Shown: piece by piece, positions 29,515-42,844 of the stretch | How the letters are laid out: each line of letters starts with the position of its first letter | Numbering within the stretch: the stretch's first letter is position 1 | NCBI RefSeq assembly: GCF_009914755.1 | Contig: NC_060935.1 | From: the human T2T-CHM13v2.0 reference genome, Homo sapiens | DNA: 64,000 bases | Strand: one strand, 5' to 3' | Translations under genes and position numbers: made by a program | Notes under the pieces: generated by a model | What the model was told of the DNA's origin: nothing | What the model saw: only the letters and a program-made list of their open reading frames with translations | Databases searched by the model: none

Positions 29515-31780
29515 AGGCTGGCAAAAGAATCTGGTGTCAGTTCTAGTGGAATTCAGCCCTGCCTCTCACGGGCCCATGTTGAAGTAATTGGCTCTGCATG
29601 GTTGAGAGGCTGGCTGTATGCCCCTGAGCTTCTCTTTTTAAAACATCACAATGCTTTTTGTCCTCACAGGTCATGGAAATACCATGAAAACCAAAGCTGT
29701 GTGAAACCAACAGGCCAGATACTGGAAGGAGGGTCAGATTATGTAGGCACTACCCTCACCTCTTTCCCATTCAAGTATCTGTAATAGAAGCAAGGCAGTG
29801 GGAAAGATATGAATGATATCTGATTTGCAGAATGCAATAAAATAGCAAATTACTTGCATGGAGTGATGAAAGCTGTTAGAATCTTCCTTTTTAAAGACAA
29901 GTTGTGCCCCCTCCCATGCCCATTTTGAAGCTGCAGTGAAACATTCTGACAATGATTCAATGTGAGCACTTCTTAGTCTCACTTTTATAGAGAAGGACCA
30001 TTGAGATCTCAGCACGGTTGAACTGGTTAGATGTTAAGCCCAGAGCTTTTTCACTCCGAAGTCCTAATTACTATACTTTCCACTTGCTCAGAAAAGAAAG
30101 GAGGGTTCACAGCAAAGATAATTTGAGCCTCAATTTCACTGTGTAAAACAGCCAAGATGGGGAGTTTGACACTCTCCAGGTCCTTGTTCTCACCACCTCA
30201 TTCCCAGGTTAGTAAATATCTTTATTGTAGAGGAAGCAACAGACACTCTAATCAGAGGAGCAGGGACACAAGAGGCTAGGTTGAGAAAGAGGGACAAAAA
30301 GTGTGTGTGTGTTCCTTCACTTAATGGATCAGCACAGAGCAAGTTTTCACATATTTTTCTCTGTACTGTCTAGGAGCCCTGCCACTCCTAGAACATTAAT
30401 TCTCCATCTTTTCCCCTGAGATTGAAGTCATTATAACCTTCCATTACTCTTTCTTCAAAGCCACTGAGATTGTTCTATCATTTATTAACCCGGTGGATCT
30501 CTTGACTCCAATAGGGTTCATATCTCACAAAGGATATATCTAACTGCAACAAAAGAGTGGGGTACTCCTTTATCCCAAGCCCAGAAACCAGACCCCTCCT
30601 ATTCTGTCACTTTAGCTCCTACACTCACACAGCCAGGCAATAGACCAGGATTCAGTGGTGTCTCTCACCCTCAAATCTTTGACTAGAGTCTCTTAACCTC
30701 CCTGGGCTGTTGCCCTAGCTGTAAAAAGTGTGTTGTACTAGGTAACCAAGGATTTTTCTTGCTTTTGTTTGACTCTGTGGTTCTTATTCTTACTATGTTA
30801 TATGTGATAACAGACATAAACCTCACACATTTTGGGATCAGATACAAGGGAAAAGGTTCGGGAGCTCCAGCATCAGTCTTAGTATTCTAAGTGGTTTTTC
30901 TCTGGGGTCTGAATTGAAGTGCTAGCAATGATGACAGAGGTAGCATAGCAGAGTGGCTTGCAGCATGACTACCCCCAAACTAACAGGCTGACATCTTGAT
31001 TGTACGACTTACCTATTGTGTGACCTTGAGCAAATGATTTCACCTTTTCTTGCCTCCATTTCTGTATCAATAAAGGGAATTAAATAATTCCCCTTAGGAA
31101 TCTTTGCAGGGTCTTAAAGAAAAATTAAGTGGTCCTCCTGTGTCCTTTCTTACCTAAGCAGGGCCTATGCTTAATTGGAATTCAGGATACTTGATTGCCC
31201 ATGCCCTCAGATCCCTAATGAATTTCAGAACGTGACTGATTTTGTAGTTTATTCAGATTTTTCTCATCACTACTGTGGGAGCAATGCTTTTTCCAGCCTT
31301 ATAAATCCTAAGTAGCATCAGAACTAAGATTGTCTTTTCTTAATTTAGATATGTATAGTCATAATTGCTTAGACAACTTCCCGATATATGGTAAGCACAT
31401 AGAAATGCTTTATTTAGTAAATAATTATTTAATACAGTGCATTATGCATATACAAATGCGTGCATGAAATATTTAGTGAATATTTTTTCCCTAAGGTTCT
31501 AGGTCAAGTCAGTTTTCATAAGACTCATGAGACAGTGGAGAGAAAAATTTATATTGCAGAAATATATGTACACTGCCCCCTGCCCCTTGCAAAAAGACTC
31601 TTAATAACTCCCTTAATTCATTACATGTCAAAAATCTATTTTGGACTTTTTAGACTAGTTTATTCTATATATTAGTGCACACATACTTGCATCACAGTGT
31701 CGGATGAGGTTTGCCTCCATATGGAACATCTGTTACTCAGAAATTATACCTGATAACACTATATTAAAATATAGTCAAAT

Positions 31781-31920
31781 GAGCCAGGCATGGTACGGTG
31801 GTGCATGCCTGTTAGTCCCAGCTACTCAGGATGGTAAGCAGAAGGATTGCTTGAGCCTGGGAGTTTGAGACCAGGCTGGGCAACATAGCAAGACCCTGTC
31901 TCTAAAAATAAAAAATAAAC
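31781..31920 (+). mobile_element. Alu monomer (FLAM/FRAM-like)
   Basis: gccaggcatgg...gtcccagctactcagg...gcaacatagcaagaccctgtctc. Confidence 0.85.
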
Positions 31921-32489
31921 ATATAGCCACATAGCCAAATACTAACACATAACTTGATAACTGATCAAAGGAACTGAAGCAAATCACCTCCATCTTCTCA
32001 GAAGCTGATTTTGGAGTGTAAAAGAAGAACTTCTATTGTATGAGCTGGTAATCAACATGGAAGTTTCCAGAGATGAGAAAACCCCACCAGGCTTACTTCA
32101 AAATGTTCAAAAGTTGTTCCCCTCTTACCCTGGAGAGAAAGAGTTCTAAACTGTGAAAATAACAAAAAATCCCAAAATATATTATTTCTTGAAGACTTGT
32201 TGAAGGAAGTGACTGCAACTTAGTATCTAAAAGAGAAGTGCATTACTTAGTGCTTTTCAGGCTGATGGTGTGACAGAAGGGAAAATTCTCTCTTGTCCTG
32301 GTTAAACAGGCCCTGTATGCTTGAGGCGGGGCTTTCTCAGCATCCCTATTTCTGATCCCCATGACAACCAATCTCAGCCTTGTCTCTATGGCAGATATCA
32401 CATAACAGAGTGTTATCTACCCATTTACACAATGCTTGTATAACCATTGCCTCTTGGACCAAATAATTTGTTTTTTATTTCAAAAGTTC

Positions 32490-33082
32490 ATAAGTGGAAA
32501 TAGCTTGCCTTGAATCTCAGATGAGACTTTAGACCTTTAGACTTTTGAGTTGGTTCTGGAACAAGTTAGGACTTTTGGAAACTATTGGGATGGAATGATT
32601 ATATTTTGCAATGTGAAAAGGACGTTTGACTTGGGAGGCCGGAGGAGGAATACTATGGATTAGATATGCTTTGTTTGTTCCCTCCAAATCTCACATTGAA
32701 ATCTGATCCCCAGTGTTGGAGGTGGGGCCTGGTGAGAGGTGTCTGACCTTGGGGCAGATCCTTCATGAATGGCTTGGTGCCATTTTTGTGGTAACAGGTG
32801 AGTTCTCACTCTATTAGTTCCCACAGAACTGATTGTTAAAAACAGCCTGGCACCTCCCCCGTCTCTATCTCTTGCTTCCTCACTCCCATGTGATCTCTGC
32901 ACACACCAGTTCCCTTTCACCTTATGCCATGTGTGGAAGTAGCCTGATGCCCTCACCAGAAGAAGGTGCTGGCACCATACTTCTTGTACAGCCTGCATAA
33001 CCATGAGACAAGTAAATCTCTTTTATTCCTAAATTATCCAGCCTCCAGCATTCCTTAATAGCAAAGCAAATGGTCTAAGACA
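32490..33082 (+). mobile_element. MST internal 3' end plus MSTB-like LTR (32652-33082)
   Basis: tctcagatgagactttagac...; tactatggattagat...ccaaatctcacattgaaatctgatcccc...ctaagaca. Confidence 0.8.
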
Positions 33083-34427
33083 CTACCACACCCCCATGGT
33101 GGCATACACTTACTAATGTTAGAATAGGATCCTGAGCTGAGGACAATCTCCTGCCCCTATAGAGGTAGAAAACCTTTATGTATTTTACCCATCTCTAGCA
33201 ATACTGGGTCTTTACTTGTGCCTTGAAGGTGGCAGGGTTTGTGGCCCATTCACCAGCAGACTAAGGGTTTTACTTTATAGGAGAAGAGAATCCAGGCAGG
33301 AGTTGGGCTTCATGTCTTTTTCTCATGACATTCCCTCCAGAACCAAGGGGAGGCACTTTCTGGTTTTCTGCTTGTCTCTAATACTTAATGTTGGCACCTG
33401 GGGAAGGTCCATGCAAAAATACATGAGTAGGTGGAATTGCTCTTGTGTCTGAGGCTCCCAGAAGTTCTGTATTCTCATGGTAGCTAAGATTTGGCCTTCA
33501 GCAATTGAATAAAATTTTAACTAATTTTAAAAATTTACTTGCATGGAAGCCACCTTCTTCTTGTACTCTACCACAGTTGAGAAAGTACATGTATCCTTTC
33601 TTATTTCAGAAATTCCTGCCTCTTTTTTTTTTGAAATTTAGAAACTTGGTTACCCTGTACCTTCTTATACCTAAAGAGTTTCAGAACATGTGTGGTTTTT
33701 GTAGTTTGTCCAGCCTTGTCTTATCATCAGGGTGAAAACAATGCTTTTTCCACCTTTTAAATCCTAGGAAGAAACAGTATTAAGGCTGTATTTTCTTAAT
33801 TGAGACATGCATTCTTCCATCTTACTGGTGCCATTAATCCAGGTATGACATGAAGGGTTAGCAATGATTGGAAAAAATTGTTCAATTACTCATAACTGGT
33901 TAGACTATATAATTTACACTGATTATTCTGATCGGTAAGGGGACAGTTTATGGTCTCAGTTATTTATTTTGTCAACTAAATTAAAGGATAAAATAACATG
34001 ACCATCCTACATGGACACTTTCTATGTGTAGGATCATTCATTATCATGAATCCATTCTGCCAGTTATGCTGCATACTTAAAGGTTTTCTCACTTCAGGTT
34101 CTTTGTAAGGAGAAAAAATCTATTAAAGATATCGAACAGCCAAACACTCAGAATGGTCTGAGATGCTCAGAGGACAAATAATCATTATCCTTGATTGGCA
34201 CAGAAGAGCCAGAGTCCCGTGATTGTAAAGAAGATCTCAGATGCTTCACAAGAGAGTAATCAACTTTAGTGGGGCTGCAAGATTATTTTTTCTGGGTTTT
34301 GACATGACAAACACTCTCAGTTACATCCCAAGAATATGTGTATCTCATTTTCTCGCACAAGGACATTTCCTGTACTTATATTGGTTACAAAAGGTGCATT
34401 GATGGTAAGGTTAATGTAATATACTAT

Positions 34428-34800
34428 TGTCTTAGTCTGTTCAGGCTGCTGTGACAAAAATACTATAAACTGAGTGGCTTAGACAGCAAACATTTGTTTC
34501 TCACAGTTCTGGAAACTGAAAAGTTGAAAATCAAAAGGTCACAATACTGTCTGTCTGGTGAGGGTTTGCTTCCTGGTTCATAGACTGCCATCCTCTTGAT
34601 GTGTTCTCCCTTGACAGAAAGAATGAGAGAGAGAGAGAGAGCTCTGGGGTCTCTTTAATAAGTCCACTAATTCCATTCACAAGGACTCCACCTTCATGAC
34701 CTAATTACCTCATAAAAGTCCCACCTCCTAATACCAACTTATTGGGGTTTACGATTACAACATATAAATTTTAAGAAAAACAAATATTCAGTCCATAACA
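34428..34800 (-). mobile_element. MLT1A-like LTR
   Basis: tgtcttagtctgttcaggctgct...tctcacagttctggaa...attcagtccataaca. Confidence 0.8.
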
Positions 34801-37317
34801 GCCATTATTTCATTCTCAGGGTTTTCTATGCTTAATATGTTGCACTTCTATTTATTTTGTTAAAAATTATTAATGGTTCATATGTATGAGTTTCTTCATT
34901 ATTTGACTTACAGTATCTCTAAAAAGAAAAATATCATTAAAAACTGACAAAAGACAAATATCTATTGAGGTTGAAGTGATTCATATGATGAGGTTGAGTC
35001 ATGTTATTTGCATAAATAGAGTTGTAGCAACCTTACCCTAGATGTTTATCTATAGTTATATTAAGGCAATTTTTGATTAAAATATTCTTAATCAAAATTT
35101 ATTTTAGAAGCGTCAATTGCAAATATGGCCATTAATTGTTTTTTCCCATTGTTGTCCTATTCCATAATTTTCTAAATTGGCTGTATTTACAATAGTTTGG
35201 GATATCTAAATTATAGACTGGTCATATTGAAGTCATTAATATTAGTATGTATAACATTGTAAAAAAATAAAAATTGTATGACTTCAAATCAGTAAAAAGT
35301 TTAAAAGACTCAAAAAATTAAAAAAATAAACAACAAAGTATGTAAAGGAGAGTGTGACAATCAGTGTTTCTGCACAACTGGAATAATCTGATTCTGGGTG
35401 AAATCTGTCAGTTTCAATGAAGGTGTCTTTCTGTTGTTGGAAATGTTGGGTCTACAGTCAATTTCTATGAACTATTCTCTTTCAGAGATTCTGTGGAGAA
35501 TCTTATATTAAGATTTCTAGTTGATGTAACTTTCCAATTACTTTTCATGGAGGATAATGTCATTTTAGTTGAGAAACATGTATTTAGGGATTACTTAATT
35601 GCAGTTTAACAGCCATACTTACAGAAAAATTACCCTGATAAGGCCACTTCCATCAAAGCTCAAGGGCTGTCTTTTTCTAATGCATTTTCCACCTGATTTC
35701 AGGTGATGTCAGGGCTAAATAAATGGTTAACAAGAAAATCCATCTCATGCCTGTTGATGCTGGGGCTGAGTATATTGGGCTAGTTATCTTACATCAGTTT
35801 ATGTCATGGGAATTAAGTATGGTTAGAGATATTTCTAGATAAATTGGTTGTTGGTGACTAGCTAATAAGTTGATACTATGTGACTTTGTGAAAGAGAGTA
35901 ATGAAGGGCCATAGAGCTAAAGGTAATAGTTTAGGTCAAGGAAATTTACAAATGTCTGATAATTTAATTCCTGTTCTAATATTCAAAAATTCTAAATAAA
36001 ATAATAATAGGCCCCAGCAACACATGAAATTATTTAATTAATATCATCAACATACAGATCCCAAGATATCAACAAATCTTAATCAGAATAAACAGAAACC
36101 TAGAAATATGCTTTAATTAGCATATTTAATTATTTCTAAAAACCAAAGATAAAATGAAAATCTTAATAACAATCAGAGTTAGCAAGATAGCAGAATAGGA
36201 TGTCTGTGTCCCCAACATCATAGCACCCAAATATGTGAAGCAAACATTGACAGAACTAAAGGGGGAAATAAATAGCAAAACAATAATAACAGGGGATTTC
36301 AATATCCCACTATCAATAATAAATAGAACATCCAAACAGAAGATTAATAAGAAAATGGAGAACTTCTGAAAACTCCTAGTTCCAAAATTGCAATGTAGAG
36401 GCAAGCTGGCTTCTCTACCCTACCCCCCCCCACACACACACACACAAACAAACAAATATACAGCACCAGGAACTACACTAGCAACAACCCAGAGCTCAAG
36501 TATGAGGATGAGACAGTTCCTGGGGCAACAGAGAAGTAGAAAGACTTTGAGAAGATGTTAGGAGAATCAGACTTGCACATCCACAATGCCCCTCCCCACC
36601 ATTCTGCCAGGCACACAGAAAATCTCCTACCAACTCATGGTTTCAGCACTGGAAATATTAAAACTGAGATGGTAAACCAGCTTCCTCACCTTCTTGGATT
36701 CCCTGGAAGCAGGCATGTCCTTTATTTCAAGTGACAAGTGGCACCATAACTTCCTAAAGGGACAAATATCCATGAGGACAGGCAGAGATGAACAGGGGGT
36801 GTCTACCATCCATGGCCCTGGAAACTCTGCTCTGTAACTCAGCCAAAGGAGATGCCAAATCAGAGTGGCTGTAGGAGATTTGTTCCACAAGTCTCCTGAG
36901 AGCAAAAGCCTAGCCAGCCTTCCCTTTACTGCCAGATAATCCCTTTGGAAGGTCTTCTATTTGGGACAGGCAGTGCTTGGGCCAATTATTAATACTAGAG
37001 CTGAGGTAAACCTGGACTTAAGGCACCATGTACAGTTGAAAAGGAGGCAGAGATCTAGTAGTGGAGATTCCGTAAACAAATATATTCAATAAAAACTAAA
37101 CCAAGCCAGACAGAGAAAACTAATAAATAACTAGTCATTCAATGAAAAGACATAGACTTATAACCACAATAAACAACAGCAAACAAGGAATCATGACTTT
37201 CCCAAAAGGGCAGAGCAAAAATCTAGTGACTGACTCTAAGAAAACAGTGATTTGTGAACTCTTTGACTGCGAATTCAAAAGAGCAGTTTTAAAGAAACTC
37301 AGTGATCTCCAAGATAG

Positions 37318-40300
37318 TGATAGAGGCAGGAGGAAGACAAATGCCTAGGCAGATAAGGAGGGTTGCCTGGAGAATCTCCAACCTGCCCTACAAGTATTTA
37401 CACCAGATGTTTTTGTGCAGATAAGGGAACCCACACAGGGTCTTGCCTGAACATTCCCACAAAAGACAGGAGGTCCACATGCAGTGGGGGAATGGGATGG
37501 AGCCACCAGAAATTCACACCTTATGCGGAGGAGGAGCCTGGCTCCTTCAGCTGTTGTGTGGTAGCCTGGTATTCAATCTGTGAGGTGGAAACCTGCATGC
37601 AGGACCCCTCTCTTTGCTGAGAGCTTTCCTTTCACTTAATAAATTCCACCCTCCTCACCTTTCAATGTGTCCACATGCCTAATTTTTCCTAGTCATGAGA
37701 CAAGAACCTGAATTTAGCTGAACTCATGAGCAAAAAATCCTGCAACATTTTTGTGGCCAGTACAGGAATACATCAGAAGAGTGAAAAAAATGCAAACCCA
37801 AAAATCTCTTTCACTTTGTTTTCTGAGCTTTCTTGTCCTCAGACTTTTTCTGAAGTCAGGGGAAACTACCCCCACCCCAACCCCTGTCGCTCTCGGGGAT
37901 CAGGAATGTCAGCCTCAGTGCAACCCAGTGTTTTCTAGGCATCTTCCTTCTGTTTTTCCAGGAGTGTAATGGCACCTATCTTTTCTTTTACAATATTGGG
38001 AGTGTTCCACCCCAACCCCAATGGCCACAGGTGCACATGGGAAGAACTGGTGAGTGGCAGCTTCCTGCCCCACTTCCCTTCTGGCTGGGGCACATGGCCA
38101 TGTCTGCTGCATGTGCATGCGACATCCAACTGTTATGCAGGGCAGGACGGAGCCACAGCTGCTGCCAGAGCCCCAGAGTGGTCTCAGGGGCCAGAAGCCC
38201 TGAGCGACCAGCTGGCCATTATTCCGTGTCACGCATCCACAGGAGTCTTCTCCTCCCTGGCTGAGGGGTCCAGCTCAGTTGAACTTTTAATTGAAAGCAA
38301 TTAAAAGTTTCTCTCCCTGTGGAGAAATCCATTTGCATAAGAATAATAGGCTTCTTCTCCCAGGCATCTTTATCTTTTCTCCAACCTGTCAGCAGTTAAC
38401 ACAGCCCTGCACTTAAGAATTTTTCCTCCGTTCTCTACCCTGCCAGCAGTTTTTTTTTTTTTAATTTTCTCCCCTAGGTCAAGAGTTAATGTGTTGGTGT
38501 GAAGGTAGTTGCAGTTTTTGCCATTACTTAGAATGGTGGGGACCATGATTGCTTTTGCACCAACCTAGTAACACAGCCCTGTGAGTAGAGGAGGCTTCTC
38601 TATGCCAGTGTTTTTTGTTTTGTTTTGTTTTTCTTGAAAGGTTTTTTATCAGGTCAGACCCCAATTCACAAGTTTCCCATTTCATGGATAGAGGTCATGC
38701 TAGTATCCATGGCATAAATGAGGTCTAAGGACTTGAAGGCTATGGACAGCAGGGGGAAATGCAGTGCATGGGTAAGAGCCCATAATCCCACCTCCTAGGT
38801 TCCCTGTTAACATGGGTGAAAGTCACATTGGCACCCATGAGTGGCATCCTGTTGAGGTCACAGGGACTTAGTATATAAGGATGAAAGAAGGAAAGAGGAC
38901 ACATTTTCCTTCTCTCCCTCACACACTCCAGGTATTTGCTAGGAAGAGTGAGGAATTAGGGACAGATGGCTCCCCTCTTTCTAGATGAGTAGCCATTTAT
39001 CTTCGGTCTGCACCCCTTTCAAATGCATCCTGAGTCCTGGGGCTCTTTTGAAAAAATGTCTTTTTTTTCCTTTTTCCCACTTGGTCCTGTCTTCCCAGAA
39101 GGGGAATCGTGTTACTGTACTACAGGACATTCCCCTTGAATGCATCCCTCAAACTGGGAAAAGTTAATTTCCCAAATCTTAAACTGGTTGGGTTAGAATT
39201 AGGCTCAGAGGAAGGGAACCTAGAAGCCTGACATGCCAGCACTAGGGTAAAAGATTTTTTTACCAGTTGGAATTTTGGCCTGCCTCTTCCTGTGCAAACC
39301 AGTAAAAGGAATGGTAAGAATCACTGTTTATATTTGCTGTAAAGTTTTGATTAATGAAAATGGATTTATGAGGTTTGTCTTAAGCTGTAGCCAATCTGGT
39401 GTGCTTTGTATGTCCTTCTGTATAGTTCTGTCAGAAAGACTGGTATCTTAGGATAAGATGTGGGCCTAGGACCCTGTAAGCCCACTGCTCAAGTCAGCCT
39501 GGCAAAGTGGTCAGCAACAAATTTTGCTGCAGGCCTCCATCTTGTTTTACTTCCTTGGGAGCATGACCTGTAATGACATGGCAGTACTTTGTTTTAGCCT
39601 CTGCCATTTTGCAATAGTAGCCTGGGTTCATTCCTGGCTTAGGGAATGAGTACTTACTAGTTAATACCTGTGTGACTTTTGCCATTTGCTGATTCTATTC
39701 CCCTCCATGAACCATTTCTAGCCTCCTTTCTTGAATCTTTCCTTCTCTGAGCTACCTTTAAAGCTTCTAGATTTTGTAAAAACTGCTTGCCACCTCTTTG
39801 AGAATGTCTTACACACTCCCAGTTAAGTCATAATCTTAGTTGAGGTTTGTTGGTTTCGCCTCTGAGGTTACTTCTGGTAAAGTTCAAAAGCCAAAAATAT
39901 CGGCTGCTTGGTGTGGCTAAAGTTGGGTAATAAGGAATTTAAAAGGGCTTTCTTAATGAGTGCTCAGTTTAACTAAAAGTGGATACCCAAGTTATGTAAA
40001 AATAATTATTCTTGCTGCACTTTATGCAAATAATCAGTCCAAGTATAAGACTAAAATCTCTTTTGCAAACAAGTCAGTCCTATCATAATTTGTTTTTAAC
40101 AAAAATGAAGACTGGAGAGAGAGAAATTATGTTTCAAAACTTATCATACAGTTTTTATTAAATTCTAGACTCATTGGTTGTTTTTAAGTTCTTGCCCACA
40201 TTTTAAACTAACCCTGCTTACTCCTGTGAACCAACCAGCAATCTCCAATTTCAGCCCAGAAGAAATGAAAAAGTATGGATAATGTAAAAATCTGGATATT

Positions 40301-41333
40301 CTAGTTCTGGACAATTATCCTGCAAATCTTGCCAGGTGATGGGAGTAAATAGAATGTCCATAACCCAGAGGTTTCTTTGTTTGGGAAAATAAGACCAAGA
40401 GAACTAACCAAAGCTGAGCCCCATGTACCCAAATCTTAGCAGGTGTAACTATAGCCACCAGTTATGTGGACATGTTGATAGCATTGGGATTTTTTAGCTG
40501 TCCTTACCCCCTCCCTTGTTTTGTTTTGATACATGTTTTATAATAACCAAGTTTGTTCCCTCTTGCTTCCAGGCCATGACTCCAAATAGTCATGCAACCA
40601 GAGCCTCAGATGATGGCCCCTTTTACTGGGGACTCTTAGACAGGTCTCTCAGGGAGATCTGACTGCCTTCTTCCTAAAACAGCGCCCCCTGTCAGCAGGA
40701 AGCAGTTAAGATTTGTCTTTATCCGTATTCCAGTAGCAGTTAGATGCACCTCTTTACAGCAGAGAGTGACAGAGGTGGGAAGCAGACAAATGCTTAGACA
40801 GATAAGGAAGGTTCCCTGGAGAATCTCCAACCTGCCCCACATGTATTTACACTGATCCTTTGTGCAGATAAGGGAACCTGCACAGGTTCCTGCCCACATG
40901 CAGTGGGGAAATGGGATGCAGCCACCAGAAATTCATGCCTTATGCAGGGGAGAAGCCTGGCCTCTTAAGCTCATGTATGGTGGCCTGGTATTCAATTCGT
41001 GAGGTGGAAACCTGTGTGAAAGACCCCAGTCTTTGCTAAGAGCTTTCCTTTCACTTAATAAATTCCACCTTTCGATGTGTCCTCATGCCTAATTTTAATT
41101 TTAATCTACATCTTTCAATGTGTTCTCATGCCTAATTTTAATTAATTTAATTAATTGAATTAATTAATTATTTAATTGATTATTTGATTATTAAATAATC
41201 AATTAAATTAATTAATTTTAATTTCAATTTCAATTTGTCCTCCTAATCTAATTTGTCCTCATGCCTAATTTTTCCTAGTTGTGAGACAAGAACTCAGATT
41301 TAGCTGAACCAAGGAGCAAAAAATCCTGCATCA
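37318..41333 (+). mobile_element. MER4-group ERV1 provirus (MER61/LTR20-like LTRs at 37318-37747 and 40767-41333), non-coding internal region
   Basis: Two direct LTRs TG...CA; PBS ttgtggccagtacaggaa resembles the complement of the tRNA-Ile 3' end; degenerate TSD atag/atta. Confidence 0.82.
38489..38570. mobile_element. MADE1 (Hsmar1-derived MITE), diverged
   Basis: ~80 bp palindromic gttggtgtgaaggtagttgcagtttttgccatt...gcttttgcaccaaccta, inserted at a TA. Confidence 0.8.
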
Positions 41334-42844
41334 ATTACACAAAAAAGCCATTAAGAAATGTATCAGATAAATTTGACAGATATTGAAATAATAAAAACAA
41401 AATCAAACAGAAATCTTGAAACTGAGAAATACATTTGCTGAACTGAAGAGGTATTTAGAGGCTTTCAACAGCAGAATAAACCAAGCATAGGAAAGGATCA
41501 CTGACCTCAAACACTGGCTATTTGAAAATACACAGTAAGAGAGAAGAAAGAACAAATAAAAAGTAATGAAGACCATCTACAAAATATAGAAATAGACTCA
41601 AAAGACCAAATTAAAAATTGTTGGTGTTCAAGAGGGAGTTGAGCAAGAGCAAGGGATAGAAAGCTTATTTAAAGAAATAATAACAAAAATCTTTCCAAAA
41701 TTTGAGAAAGATATAAATATTTAGGTACAGGAAGATCTTAGAACACCGTATAGATTTAACCCAGATAACACTACCCCAAGTTATCTAGTATTCAAACTCT
41801 CAAAGAGCAAGGAAAAAGAGAAGATTCTAAAGCAGTGAAAGATAAGAAGAAAATAACATATTAAGGAACTCCAATTTGCCTGCCAACATACTTCTCAATG
41901 GAAATTATACCATCAAGGATGGAGAGAAATGGCATTTTTAAATACTCAAAGAAAAACAAACTGCACCCAAGAATATTGTACCTAGAATAACCATCATTGA
42001 AATTTGAAATAGATAAAATTTTTCTCAGACAAACAAAAGCTGGGAGAATTTACCACCACAAGACCTATCTTGCAAGAAATGCTAAAGGGAGTTCTTCAGT
42101 CTGAAAGAAAAAAACACTAATATGCAAGAAATCTCTTTAGGGTAAAAAACTCACTGGTAAAATTAAGTACACGAAGAAACCCAGAATACTCAGCTATTTC
42201 ATGTGTGGTGTGCAATCCACTCATAACTCTAGTATAAAGCCCAAAGGACAAATCTATCTAAAATAATAATAGCTACAGCAACCCATTCAGAAATAGGTAA
42301 TATAAAAATATGTAAGTTGAAAGAACTAAAAGTTAAAATGTAGGGGAGACAAAGTTAATGTACAGAATTTTTATGTGTGGGTTTTGTCTTTATTTCTATT
42401 CTTTTATTTGTGATCTAAGATAAGTTATCTCTGTAAAATAACTTGTTATATCTGTGTTTTCTGTAAGACTCATAGTAACAACAGTTCAAAAACCTATAAT
42501 AGATTCACTAAAATAAAAAGCAACAAATTAAAATACAGTATTGCACATAATCACTTAACCACAGAGGAAGACAGTAAGGAAGGAAGAAAAGAAGAGGATC
42601 CTCAAAAGCAACCAGAAAACAAGCAACAAAATGGCAACAGTAAGTCATTACTTATCAATAATAACATTAAATGTAAATGGCCTCAATTCCCCAAATAAAA
42701 GTCACAGAGTGGCTGAATGGATAAAGATACAAGACCCAAATATACACTACCTTCATATAGTTGGGTATATATAGTTAAGTAAATGAAATTAACATATAGT
42801 TGGGTCTTGTATCTTGTATCTTTAGCTATAAAAACACACATAGA

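Noticed and set aside
41100-41270. CRISPR-like repeat-spacer pattern
   Set aside because: Only three irregular copies with low-complexity spacers, inside an LTR of a mammalian genome; no cas genes
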